Shown in pieces: positions 30,482-39,124 of a DNA stretch of 64,000 bases (positions are counted from its first letter, which is position 1; each line of letters begins with the position of its first letter). The notes under the pieces are model-generated. The model saw nothing but the letters and a program-made list of their open reading frames with translations, ran no database searches and was not told the origin of the DNA. The stretch spans positions 480,001 to 544,000 of the forward strand of contig OZ245040.1 in the NCBI GenBank assembly GCA_965224195.1. The letters run 5' to 3'. The translations under genes and the position numbers were made by a program. The DNA is from Nitrosopumilus sp. (lineage in GTDB: Archaea; Thermoproteota; Nitrososphaeria; Nitrososphaerales; Nitrosopumilaceae).

Positions 30482-31866
30482 ATGAATTGATTTTAGAAGA
30501 AAAGCAAAAATTACCAAATGGATGGAAAGAATCTAATCTAAATTTATTATCTTTAGTTGTTACAAAGGGTTCCACCCCAACCACTCATGGTTTTAAATAT
30601 CAAATAATGGGTATTAATTTTATTAAAGTAGAAAATATTGTTGATGGTTGGATAGATCAAAATACTGTTCATGAATTCATAAGTCAAGATACAAATGATT
30701 ATCTAAAACGTTCACAACTACAAGAAAATGATATTTTATTTTCAATAGCTGGAACTATTGGTAGAACTAGCATTATAAGAAAAATAGATTTACCTGCAAA
30801 TACAAATCAAGCAATTGCAATTATTAGATGTCCGTGGAAATATCTGAATCCAAAATACATCCGTTTGATTTTAGACTCTCCAATTTTATTTCATATATTT
30901 AGTCTTAAGACTCGTGGAGTTGGAATTTATAATCTTAGTTTAAATGATATTAAAGAATTAAAAATTCCAATTCCTCCACTAAACGAACAAAAAAGAATCG
31001 TAGCAAAAATTGAATCAATCTTCTCCCAGATTGATGCAGGACAAACCAAGCTAGATGCGGTTAAGATATTGTTGAAGCAACAGAAACAATCTGTTCTAAA
31101 AGTAGCTTTTGAAGGTAATCTTGTACCACAAGATCCAAATGATGAACCAGCTGAAGTATTATTAAAGAAAATTCATGTCGATTCAAAGATAGAATTTGAC
31201 AAAGAGAATCTTCCAAAGGGATGGATTAGAACAAAAATTGGATTTACTATTGATCCATCAAAAGACAGATTTGATCCGATTACAAATAAAAATAAAACAT
31301 TCATTGGTCTAGAGCACATTGAAAGTAATACTGGAAAGATTATTAGAAAAGGAGAATCAAAAAATCTTACAAGTACAAAAACAATATTCAGATCAGGGGA
31401 TATTTTGTATGGAAGACTACGTCCATATCTTAACAAAGTATGTGTCCCTAATTTTAACGGAGTATGTTCAACAGATATTCTAGTTTTAAAAAAAAACTCT
31501 TTTCTATCAAATAGATTTATTGCGTTATTTTTTGCAACCAATTGTTTTGTCACATATGCAAATGCAAATATGACTGGAGTCCAACATCCTCGTATTAGTT
31601 TCAAAAAAATCTCAATATTTACAATTCCACTTCCACCACTCAACGAACAACATCGCATAGTTACCAAAATCGAATCAATCTTTGGCAGAATTGATGCAAT
31701 TGAAAAGCAAGTAAATGATTCACTAATTAAGCTTGATCACTTGAAAAAAAGTGTACTCAAAAAGGCTTTTGAAGGCAAGCTTGTGCCACAGGATCCAAAT
31801 GATGAACCAGCATCTGTTTTATTGGATAAAATCAAATTAGAGAAATCTCATGTACAGAAAAAATAA
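30478..31866 (+). CDS. hsdS: Type I R-M specificity subunit, complete (TRD-A + TRD-B)
   Basis: Two LP.GW-TRD-PPLNEQ..IV units, each followed by a coiled coil ending AFEG.LVPQDPNDEPA; ATGA overlap with hsdR. Confidence 0.95.
   Translation: MNELILEEKQKLPNGWKESNLNLLSLVVTKGSTPTTHGFKYQIMGINFIKVENIVDGWIDQNTVHEFISQDTNDYLKRSQLQENDILFSIAGTIGRTSIIRKIDLPANTNQAIAIIRCPWKYLNPKYIRLILDSPILFHIFSLKTRGVGIYNLSLNDIKELKIPIPPLNEQKRIVAKIESIFSQIDAGQTKLDAVKILLKQQKQSVLKVAFEGNLVPQDPNDEPAEVLLKKIHVDSKIEFDKENLPKGWIRTKIGFTIDPSKDRFDPITNKNKTFIGLEHIESNTGKIIRKGESKNLTSTKTIFRSGDILYGRLRPYLNKVCVPNFNGVCSTDILVLKKNSFLSNRFIALFFATNCFVTYANANMTGVQHPRISFKKISIFTIPLPPLNEQHRIVTKIESIFGRIDAIEKQVNDSLIKLDHLKKSVLKKAFEGKLVPQDPNDEPASVLLDKIKLEKSHVQKK
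31011..31038 (+). other. Putative recombination site A1 (11-6-11; spacer TCTCCC)
   Basis: TGAATCAATCT-TCTCCC-AGATTGATGCA, arms 10/11 inverted; inside a 146-bp repeat (31009-31154) that recurs inverted at 36034-36179. Confidence 0.7.
31201..31631 (+). repeat. ~430-bp inverted repeat (TRD-B), partner 36217-36647
   Basis: Sense and antisense translations of both copies are identical except for one substitution (T4A9 vs T5A8). Confidence 0.92.
31671..31698 (+). other. Putative recombination site B1 (spacer TTGGCA)
   Basis: CGAATCAATCT-TTGGCA-GAATTGATGCA; overlaps a 35-bp perfect repeat (31672-31706) that recurs inverted at 35422-35456. Confidence 0.7.
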
Positions 31867-31877
31867 ATTTCCAAGAT

Positions 31878-32081
31878 CTAACTGATAAATTTAGATAAAA
31901 TTGTCTTTATTTCCAAAAATATCTTTTTGTTTATTTTTCCAATATTCATTTTAATCAGTTTTTTCTCCACACTAAAAATTCGATTTATTTTTACCCCACT
32001 ATCTACAATCAAATTTCCTTCTTCCATATTTTCGTTTGTAATAATTAGATCATAATCTCTCTTTGCCAAATTAAATATCAA
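31878..32081 (-). pseudogene. C-terminal fragment of a PemK/MazF-like toxin
   Basis: Pattern GNL..DS.VKINRIFSVEKKLI...IGKI resembles the PemK C-terminal half; N-terminal RP motif absent. Confidence 0.45.
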
Positions 32082-32161
32082 TGGAATAACAACCCCATCT
32101 CTTGATTTTTTTTATCATGTTTGTCATTTGATATATTTAATTAATATATCAGAAATGATTC

Positions 32162-33313
32162 ATGAAATCATTGTTATTTCAGCACATATTTCTTCAGACA
32201 GAATTAGGTGGTCTGGTAATATTAACAATAATTATTGCAGTCATAACAAGTGTGATTTTTTATGCTGCTTCCCAAAGAAGCATATCTGCAATCAAAAAGA
32301 AATTACAGCCCTTTAGTAACTTGGATCCAAAAATACAGTATGACGTATCACGAATTGAAACTGATTTGAAAACTGCATACGAAGATTTAACTTCTCTGAA
32401 AACCAATTTACCACACACAAATGAAGTTACATCATTACAGGACAACATACAAAAGCTTTGCTTGGATTTTACATACTTGAAAGAAAACATAGATGAACAG
32501 ATGAATAAATTCAAACTTGGAACTACTGAGGATTTACATAAGACAAAAGATGAGATGATAAAAAATGCGACACAGACAGTCACAGAGCATGCAAACAATC
32601 TCTTACTTGAAAACAGTGTATCCAGAGAAGAATTCGAAAATCTTAAAGAAAGAATTGAAAAAATGGTGGGAGTAGATGAAATAACAGAGAGAATGGAAGT
32701 ATTACAGTTATTATTTGATTCATCACAGATTAAGACATTAAATTGGCAGTGTAAGTTAATTCGATTGTTAAATGGAGGATTGGCACCAGATGCCGAAGAA
32801 GATATTATTATTTCTGAAGGTATTCCAAAATCAAGTTGTGATAAATTCTTAAAAAAACTAACAGATGTTGGAATTACAGAAAACAAAAAAATATCAGCAT
32901 TTTATTTATTACCTGAGTATGAATGGATTTATAGCTATGTTGATAATCCTGATTGGTTACAAAAAAAACTAGATGGTACAATCAAAAAAGAAAATGAATA
33001 TCAAGAATATGTGAAAAATAACTTGAATTTAATAGAAGACGGATTATTACTTGAAAAATCAGAGTATGTGTTAGCAACAGGAAAAATTGATTTTGTTTGT
33101 AGAGATAAAAACGGCTTGGCAGTTGGCTTGGAATTAAAATATCCAATAGCTACAACCACTGTGAAACGACAGATATTAGGATACAAAAATGACTATGAAC
33201 AAAAATCAGGCAGAATAGATTCTAGATTTATTGTTGTCGCACCTAAAATTCCAGACAAACTAAAGGAACTACTTGATATAGATAATATTGAATATAGAGA
33301 GATTGACTTTTAA
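32162..33313 (+). CDS. Membrane-anchored coiled-coil protein with C-terminal NucS/EndoMS-like PD-(D/E)xK nuclease domain
   Basis: TM at aa ~16-36, heptads, then E..YQEY...IEDGL...EY...GKIDFV.RD.....LELK.......QILGY. Confidence 0.7.
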   Translation: MKSLLFQHIFLQTELGGLVILTIIIAVITSVIFYAASQRSISAIKKKLQPFSNLDPKIQYDVSRIETDLKTAYEDLTSLKTNLPHTNEVTSLQDNIQKLCLDFTYLKENIDEQMNKFKLGTTEDLHKTKDEMIKNATQTVTEHANNLLLENSVSREEFENLKERIEKMVGVDEITERMEVLQLLFDSSQIKTLNWQCKLIRLLNGGLAPDAEEDIIISEGIPKSSCDKFLKKLTDVGITENKKISAFYLLPEYEWIYSYVDNPDWLQKKLDGTIKKENEYQEYVKNNLNLIEDGLLLEKSEYVLATGKIDFVCRDKNGLAVGLELKYPIATTTVKRQILGYKNDYEQKSGRIDSRFIVVAPKIPDKLKELLDIDNIEYREIDF

Positions 33314-33364
33314 TAAATTTAACTAGAAAAAGTTTGCAAATTAGAAAATTTATTCAGTTTATTT

Positions 33365-33579
33365 TCAAAAATTCTTTCAGAGTTAATCCTGATTATTTTA
33401 TTATGGAACATAGTGCACCTCTTGCTATTTCTTTGTGATTTGGAACAGTTATTCTTCTGTGAGGATTAATCTTTATTTCTCAATATTATGTGACTGCCTG
33501 TTTGATGATCAACATCATATCCCTTTTTGTGCAATATCTTGAGTAACTCTCTTGCCGAAATAATAGGCAGTTTAGACAG
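33365..33579 (-). pseudogene. hicA: HicA toxin with premature stop
   Basis: LSKLPIISARELLKILHKKGYDVDHQTGSHIILR...TVPNHKEIARGALCSIIK*SGLT; CTG start; not in ORF track. Confidence 0.8.
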
Positions 33580-33585
33580 GTACCT

Positions 33586-33783
33586 CTACAGTTTCTTCAT
33601 CAATGGAGAACGGAATTGGTTCACCATGTTTTTTAGACTTGCGATATATCCTGAAATAGCATCCTTGATGTTAGTTATTGCTAATTCTCTTGCATCTCCT
33701 TGAGATATATATCCAGGCAATTCTAGAACCTCTGATACAAACATCCCATCTTCGTCTTGTTTTATGAATATTCTAAACTTCAT
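33586..33783 (-). CDS. hicB: HicB family antitoxin
   Basis: MKFRIFIKQDEDG.FV.EV.ELPGYISQG...A..NIKDAI. Confidence 0.85.
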   Translation of the reverse strand: MKFRIFIKQDEDGMFVSEVLELPGYISQGDARELAITNIKDAISGYIASLKNMVNQFRSPLMKKL

Positions 33784-33862
33784 GTGATTTGTTAGATACA
33801 TTTAGTATAAAAATTTGAACCATGTGAAATAGTTACAAGTTTCATAAAATATGATTTATAAT

Positions 33863-34777
33863 TTAAATCTCTAGTTTAAACATGACTTTCTTAAATTCTG
33901 CAAATAATTCGCTTAATGTAGGAGTAAAATAAATACCATCAAGACCATTTTTGTGTCCCATTAGCTTTTCTGCAATGTTGTAGTTTACTGAATTATCTAG
34001 TTTTAGAATCGTATTGAATCTTTTTCTAAACCCATGATCAACTTGTACATTATAACGATGATTTTGTTTCTGTCTGATAATGTTACTTTTTAATATTGAT
34101 CTGTATATTACAGATCTAACCCCATTCCATCCAAGCTGCTTTTGAATTGTTTTATCAATTCCAAATATCGGAGTATTATTGCAAAATATTTCTCCTTTTT
34201 GTTTACGTAAATTGTGATATTTGTCAAGAATTGTGGATGCCTGTGGTGTTAGAAATGACCAATATTCGTCTACATCTTCAGCATAAAGCAATACGGCATA
34301 ACTATTGCAAGGCATTTTTTTCATATGTCTAATTGATAAATTATGATCAAAGATTCCTACTCTTGCACCTGTAGATGCAAGAAAATGAATTAATGTCTTG
34401 TTTCTAATGTTCTTCTCCGTATATAATATGTCACGAATTTCATTTGTAGTGTATGATCTCAAGTTTGGGGTTTTTTGTTTTTGCGGAAACATCTTGTATA
34501 TTTTGTTCCAATTAAGATAGATTTCATTCATAATACAAAAATGTTTGATTCCTTGAAACTTTGATGGTATTGAATTAGAATTTGTTGTTTGTTTTAGTTG
34601 TATTAAATAATTTTCTAACTCATGTTGCAATTCTGATGTAGAATAAAGTAATAGTAAATCAACAGAATTTATTTTCATAAATTTAATGAACTGTTTTAGA
34701 TGTGAATTATAATTTTTTGCAGTGTATTTTGATTTGATAGATTCTTCAAATAATATGAGGCTTCTTTGATTTAACAC
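33863..34777 (-). CDS. Tyrosine recombinase (candidate hsdS invertase)
   Basis: Catalytic motifs present: STGAR, HGFRKRF, LMGH, GIYF. Confidence 0.9.
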   Translation of the reverse strand: MLNQRSLILFEESIKSKYTAKNYNSHLKQFIKFMKINSVDLLLLYSTSELQHELENYLIQLKQTTNSNSIPSKFQGIKHFCIMNEIYLNWNKIYKMFPQKQKTPNLRSYTTNEIRDILYTEKNIRNKTLIHFLASTGARVGIFDHNLSIRHMKKMPCNSYAVLLYAEDVDEYWSFLTPQASTILDKYHNLRKQKGEIFCNNTPIFGIDKTIQKQLGWNGVRSVIYRSILKSNIIRQKQNHRYNVQVDHGFRKRFNTILKLDNSVNYNIAEKLMGHKNGLDGIYFTPTLSELFAEFKKVMFKLEI

Positions 34778-34890
34778 TATATAACATTCTTGTAAAGTTT
34801 GTATTTTTGCATAAATGTTTCATAAAATAGATTATCATATTTTTATTTAAAATGTTACTAAAGAATCATATTTTTTATTTCTACTGCAAG

Positions 34891-35130
34891 TTATTTTACA
34901 AGTCCATTATTGTAATCTTTTTCAAATTCATTTCTATCAATGCTTACATCTGTAAGAATTTGTAATTGCAAACCGATTTTTAAGATTTTATTTCCAGCTG
35001 GAACTGTTGTAAAAACATTGTTCTGTCTTAACGTAACATGGCTTCCTTTTCTGCTGGTTATCAAAAATTCTTTTTTGATCAAATATTTTATCATGATATT
35101 GCCAGAAATTCTTGGAATTCTATTCGTCAC
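34891..35130 (-). CDS. hicA: HicA family toxin
   Basis: RIPRISG...RKGSHVTLR...TVP...LKIG...IL. Confidence 0.85.
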   Translation of the reverse strand: MTNRIPRISGNIMIKYLIKKEFLITSRKGSHVTLRQNNVFTTVPAGNKILKIGLQLQILTDVSIDRNEFEKDYNNGLVK

Positions 35131-35341
35131 GTTTTTGAATAATCAACAAATTAAAATCATCTGTATTTCCAATCTCTTCTGATGCAAGATCTACGACTTC
35201 TTTCATGTTCTCCATTACTTCTCCATATGTTTCTCCTTGTGAATTAGCATGTAATTCATCACACCTTCCAATAAATCCTCCATCAATTTTATCTGGAGTT
35301 ATGATAACAGTGTATGTTTTTTTCTGTATTGTAGAACTCAT
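35120..35341 (-). CDS. hicB: HicB family antitoxin
   Basis: YTVII..D..DGGF.G.C.EL.ANSQGET..E.MENMKE. Confidence 0.85.
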   Translation of the reverse strand: MSSTIQKKTYTVIITPDKIDGGFIGRCDELHANSQGETYGEVMENMKEVVDLASEEIGNTDDFNLLIIQKRDE

Positions 35342-36686
35342 GATATGATATCATTGTAAAAAGTATTAAAAGTATTCTAAATTTTATGGATAAAATAATA
35401 TGTACAGATAAGATTACACTATTTTCAATTGCATCAATTCTGCCAAAGATTGATTCAATTTTGAAGACGATGCGTTTTTGCTCGTTGAGGGGAGGTAGAT
35501 GAATCTGAAAATTACGAAATTTGATTAAATTTACTCTTGGTCTAGTTGTTCCTTGGGTATGTTCATTAAATTGCTTGATAACTATGTTTGAATTTATCAT
35601 ATATGTTAGAAATTTTTTTAAAACAAACTCATCACCCACTCTTATCCTAATTATATCTGCAACAATTATGCCTGCCTTTAAAGAAGAAGGAACAATACAT
35701 GCTTTTCCTACTGGAAATCCTAATTTTGTTACTACAATATCATTTTGATGAAAATTATGTCTTTTCAATTTTTGAGCTTTTTCTTTTGTAACGCATATGA
35801 TATTTTTATTAATAAAATAATTTCGTTTAACATTTTGTAATCTAATCAAAGGAATTCCATCATTTACATATTCAGATGATTTGAGATTCGAACCAAAAGG
35901 TCCATCTACAATATCCTGTTTAGGGTTATGGGCCATATCTTTTATTCTAACACATATCCACCCATTTGGAAGATTATCTTTCTCAAAGACTAATTTTTCT
36001 TTGGAGTTTTTGTGTATCTTTTTCAAAAGAATCTCAGCTGGTTCATCATTTGGATCTTGTGGTACAAGGTCACCTTCAAAAGCTACTTTTAGAACAGATT
36101 GTTTCTGTTGCTTCAACAATATCTTAACCGCATCTAGCTTGGTTTGTCCTGCATCAATCTGGGAGAAGATTGATTCAATCTTGGAGACGATGTGGTGCTG
36201 TTCGTTTAGTGGCGGGAGTGGAATTGTAAATATTGAGATTTTTTTGAAACTAATACGAGGATGTTGGACTCCAGTCATATTTGCATTTGCATATGTGACA
36301 AAACAATTGGTTGCAAAAAATAACGCAATAAATCTATTTGATAGAAAAGAGTTTTTTTTAAAAACTAGAATATCTGTTGAACATACTCCGTTAAAATTAG
36401 GGACACATACTTTGTTAAGATATGGACGTAGTCTTCCATACAAAATATCCCCTGATCTGAATATTGTTTTTGTACTTGTAAGATTTTTTGATTCTCCTTT
36501 TCTAATAATCTTTCCAGTATTACTTTCAATGTGCTCTAGACCAATGAATGTTTTATTTTTATTTGTAATCGGATCAAATCTGTCTTTTGATGGATCAATA
36601 GTAAATCCAATTTTTGTTCTAATCCATCCCTTTGGAAGATTCTCTTTCTCAAAAACTGATTCTTTTTTGATCAATGATTCACTCAT
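35289..36686 (-). CDS. hsdS: Second Type I specificity gene (TRD-B + TRD-C) lacking the conserved C-terminal tail
   Basis: ATG at 36686 overlaps the stop of the upstream ORF; homology ends at IFGRIDAIE, followed by a 44-aa unrelated run-on into hicB. Confidence 0.9.
   Translation of the reverse strand: MSESLIKKESVFEKENLPKGWIRTKIGFTIDPSKDRFDPITNKNKTFIGLEHIESNTGKIIRKGESKNLTSTKTIFRSGDILYGRLRPYLNKVCVPNFNGVCSTDILVFKKNSFLSNRFIALFFATNCFVTYANANMTGVQHPRISFKKISIFTIPLPPLNEQHHIVSKIESIFSQIDAGQTKLDAVKILLKQQKQSVLKVAFEGDLVPQDPNDEPAEILLKKIHKNSKEKLVFEKDNLPNGWICVRIKDMAHNPKQDIVDGPFGSNLKSSEYVNDGIPLIRLQNVKRNYFINKNIICVTKEKAQKLKRHNFHQNDIVVTKLGFPVGKACIVPSSLKAGIIVADIIRIRVGDEFVLKKFLTYMINSNIVIKQFNEHTQGTTRPRVNLIKFRNFQIHLPPLNEQKRIVFKIESIFGRIDAIENSVILSVHIILSIKFRILLILFTMISYHEFYNTEKNIHCYHNSR
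35430..35457 (-). other. Putative recombination site B2 (spacer TTGGCA)
   Basis: Minus strand TGAATCAATCT-TTGGCA-GAATTGATGCA. Confidence 0.7.
36150..36177 (-). other. Putative recombination site A2 (spacer TCTCCC)
   Basis: Minus strand identical to site A1. Confidence 0.7.
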
Positions 36687-36892
36687 TCTTTTTTTGAAAT
36701 TTTTGTCTTGTCCCAAACTTGAATTTGTCCGCCGTAAATTTTATCATCATATACTATTGATGGAATCTGTGCATAGAATCCTTCTCGACCAGAACTAAAC
36801 GTCTTTGCAGGCAATGGCACTTCGTATTCTTTTCCATCTGGTATTTTTATTATAACAAATACAAATTCTGGCTTTTCTTCGGACATCGACAT
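36683..36892 (-). CDS. Small hypothetical protein translationally coupled to the second hsdS
   Basis: 69 aa, beta-rich, KTFSSGREGFY; divergent from hsdM. Confidence 0.7.
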   Translation of the reverse strand: MSMSEEKPEFVFVIIKIPDGKEYEVPLPAKTFSSGREGFYAQIPSIVYDDKIYGGQIQVWDKTKISKKE

Positions 36893-36983
36893 GGTATTAT
36901 AACATTTACAAATAAATGTTTGATTTTAGGAGATAATTTTAAAGAAAAACAGTAATTAAAAACAACCATTATGAAAAAATACA

Positions 36984-38462
36984 ATGTCAAATGAGGCACC
37001 AGTTATAGTTCAAAAACTGTGGAATTTCTGCAATGTGCTTAGAGATGATGGCGTATCATATGGTGATTATGTTCAGCAGTTAACCAATTTACTATTTCTA
37101 AAAATGGCAGATGAGCAGACAAAGCCACCATACAAGAAAAAATCAATAATTCCAAAAAAATATGATTGGCAAACTTTAATTGGTAAAACGGGAGATGGTT
37201 TAGAAACTCACTACAGAAATGTCTTAGAAAATTTATCTAAAGAAAAAGAATTGTTGGGAGTAATCTTTAGAAAATCTCAAAACAAAATACAGGATCCTGC
37301 AAAACTAGAGCGCTTAATCAAGCTAATTGATGGAGATTCAAAAGACTCGATTCTTTGGAATGGGATGAATATTGATGTCAAAGGGGAAATCTATGAGGGG
37401 TTGTTAGAAAAGAATGCAGAGGATGTAAAAAGTGGTGCTGGCCAATACTTTACGCCACGTGCATTAATTGATGCAATGGTTGATGTGATGCAGCCAAAAC
37501 CCAAAGAAACAATCGGAGATCCAGCTTGTGGTACTGGTGGATTTTTTCTCTCTGCATACAAGTACATTACAGATAATTTTAATTTGGATCCTGATCAGAA
37601 AAAGTTTCTAAAAATCAAGACCTTCAAGGGATGGGATATTGTAACTGAAGTTGTAAGATTATGTGCAATGAGCATGTATTTACACGGAATAGGCGAAAAG
37701 GCAAGTCAAATCGTATCAGGCGATTCACTAATTTCTGATTCTGGAGATAGGTTTGACATAATAATGACAAATCCCCCATTTGGAAAAAAATCCAGTACAA
37801 TAATATTTTCAGAATCAGGCAGGGCAGAACGTGAAACTCTATCTTATGAAAGAGATGATTTCTGGGCAAGCACCTCAAACAAACAGCTAAATTTTCTACA
37901 ACACACAAAGACAATTCTCAAAGTAAATGGCAAATGTGCCATTGTACTGCCAGACAATGTGCTTTTTGAAGGGGGTGCAGGCGAGACCGTAAGAAAGAAG
38001 ATGTTGGAGATGATGGACTGCCATACTCTGCTAAGGCTGCCAACTGGAATATTTTATGCAGGCGGAGTAAAGGCAAACGTGCTGTTCTTTGACAAAAAAC
38101 CTGCAAGAACAGATGGAAAAGCATGGACACAAAAACTATGGATTTATGATTTTAGAACAAACCAACACTTTACATTAAAAGAGAATCAATTATCAAGAAA
38201 TAATCTAGATGACTTTGTGAAATGTTACAATGCAAAAAATATCCCAAAGCGAAAAGAATCAAAAAATTTCAAATCTTTTTCATATGATGAACTCATTAAA
38301 AGAGACAAGGTATCTTTAGATATTTTTTGGTTAAAAGATGATTCAATTGAAGATGTTGATAATTTACCTCCACCTGAAGAAATATCCAAAGAAATCAAAA
38401 ATAACCTTACATCTGCCCTTAATTCCATAGATGAATTAATTATCAATCTTGGAAGAAATTAG
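36984..38462 (+). CDS. hsdM: Type I R-M methyltransferase (N6-adenine)
   Basis: GQYFTPR, DPACGTGGF, NPPF, LRLPTGIFY. Confidence 0.97.
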   Translation: MSNEAPVIVQKLWNFCNVLRDDGVSYGDYVQQLTNLLFLKMADEQTKPPYKKKSIIPKKYDWQTLIGKTGDGLETHYRNVLENLSKEKELLGVIFRKSQNKIQDPAKLERLIKLIDGDSKDSILWNGMNIDVKGEIYEGLLEKNAEDVKSGAGQYFTPRALIDAMVDVMQPKPKETIGDPACGTGGFFLSAYKYITDNFNLDPDQKKFLKIKTFKGWDIVTEVVRLCAMSMYLHGIGEKASQIVSGDSLISDSGDRFDIIMTNPPFGKKSSTIIFSESGRAERETLSYERDDFWASTSNKQLNFLQHTKTILKVNGKCAIVLPDNVLFEGGAGETVRKKMLEMMDCHTLLRLPTGIFYAGGVKANVLFFDKKPARTDGKAWTQKLWIYDFRTNQHFTLKENQLSRNNLDDFVKCYNAKNIPKRKESKNFKSFSYDELIKRDKVSLDIFWLKDDSIEDVDNLPPPEEISKEIKNNLTSALNSIDELIINLGRN

Positions 38463-38573
38463 CAAGTATTATAATTATAAAAAATTATTTTTTGCCTAAT
38501 TCAAAACTTTTACGTACAAAACATCTTTAAATAAATATGGTAAATTTTTAATATATTTTTACACTGTTCCAGT

Positions 38574-38744
38574 TTATCCAGTCTTCAAAGAATCGTAGAT
38601 TTGCCCTTCTTCTGCTTTGAGATATTCTGTTATGATCTGATCGCCTGTTCTCTGATATTTTTTTGTGCAAAATGCATCAAAGTTTTTGATTACAGCTGCA
38701 AGTTTCTCTGCGTTGCAAGTGTCTTTGTCTGTATTTTTCTTCAA
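38574..38744 (-). CDS. 56-aa hypothetical protein
   Basis: TTG start, MKKNTDKDTCNAEKLAAVIKNFDAFCTKKYQRTGDQIITEYL...; fills the intergenic gap. Confidence 0.45.
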   Translation of the reverse strand: MKKNTDKDTCNAEKLAAVIKNFDAFCTKKYQRTGDQIITEYLKAEEGQIYDSLKTG

Positions 38745-38866
38745 AACCCGACTGGTTTCTGACTTTTCCTAAAATAGTAGATATTTTATCTACATCTACT
38801 AAAAAAGGCTATAAACCTATTCAAAATAGTCGGTTTATTGATATAGTCGATTTATCTAATTTCTGT

Positions 38867-39106
38867 ATGGCAACAGCTTATGTTTTAATAAACTGTGAAC
38901 TAGGTTCTGAAGAAGCTATTATCCAGCAATTAAAGGGCTTAGAAGGTGTAAAAGAAGTTCATGGAACTTTTGGTGCATATGATATTTTGGCCAAAATCGA
39001 ATCTGACACTGTTGAAAAACTTAGAGAAACAATTACCTGGAAAATCAGGAAAATTGAAAAGATTCGTTCAACTCTTACCTTGATGGGTATTGAAGGTCAA
39101 ACATAA
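38867..39106 (+). CDS. Lrp/AsnC ligand-binding domain protein
   Basis: AYVLINCELG, GAYDILAKI, IRSTLTL. Confidence 0.92.
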   Translation: MATAYVLINCELGSEEAIIQQLKGLEGVKEVHGTFGAYDILAKIESDTVEKLRETITWKIRKIEKIRSTLTLMGIEGQT

Positions 39107-39124
39107 ACACCCTTTTTTCTTATT

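Noticed and set aside
31488-31496. A9 tract in TRD-B as a slippage switch
   Set aside because: A-runs of this length are common in this AT-rich sequence and both copies are in frame
35881-36798. 305-aa + strand ORF (and 31173-31667 on the - strand)
   Set aside because: Antisense shadows of hsdS; useful only as evidence of DNA identity between the copies
27590-38860. attL/attR duplication showing integration of the R-M island at the tRNA-like gene
   Set aside because: No repeat of the tRNA 3' end was found by eye at the right boundary (38463-38866)
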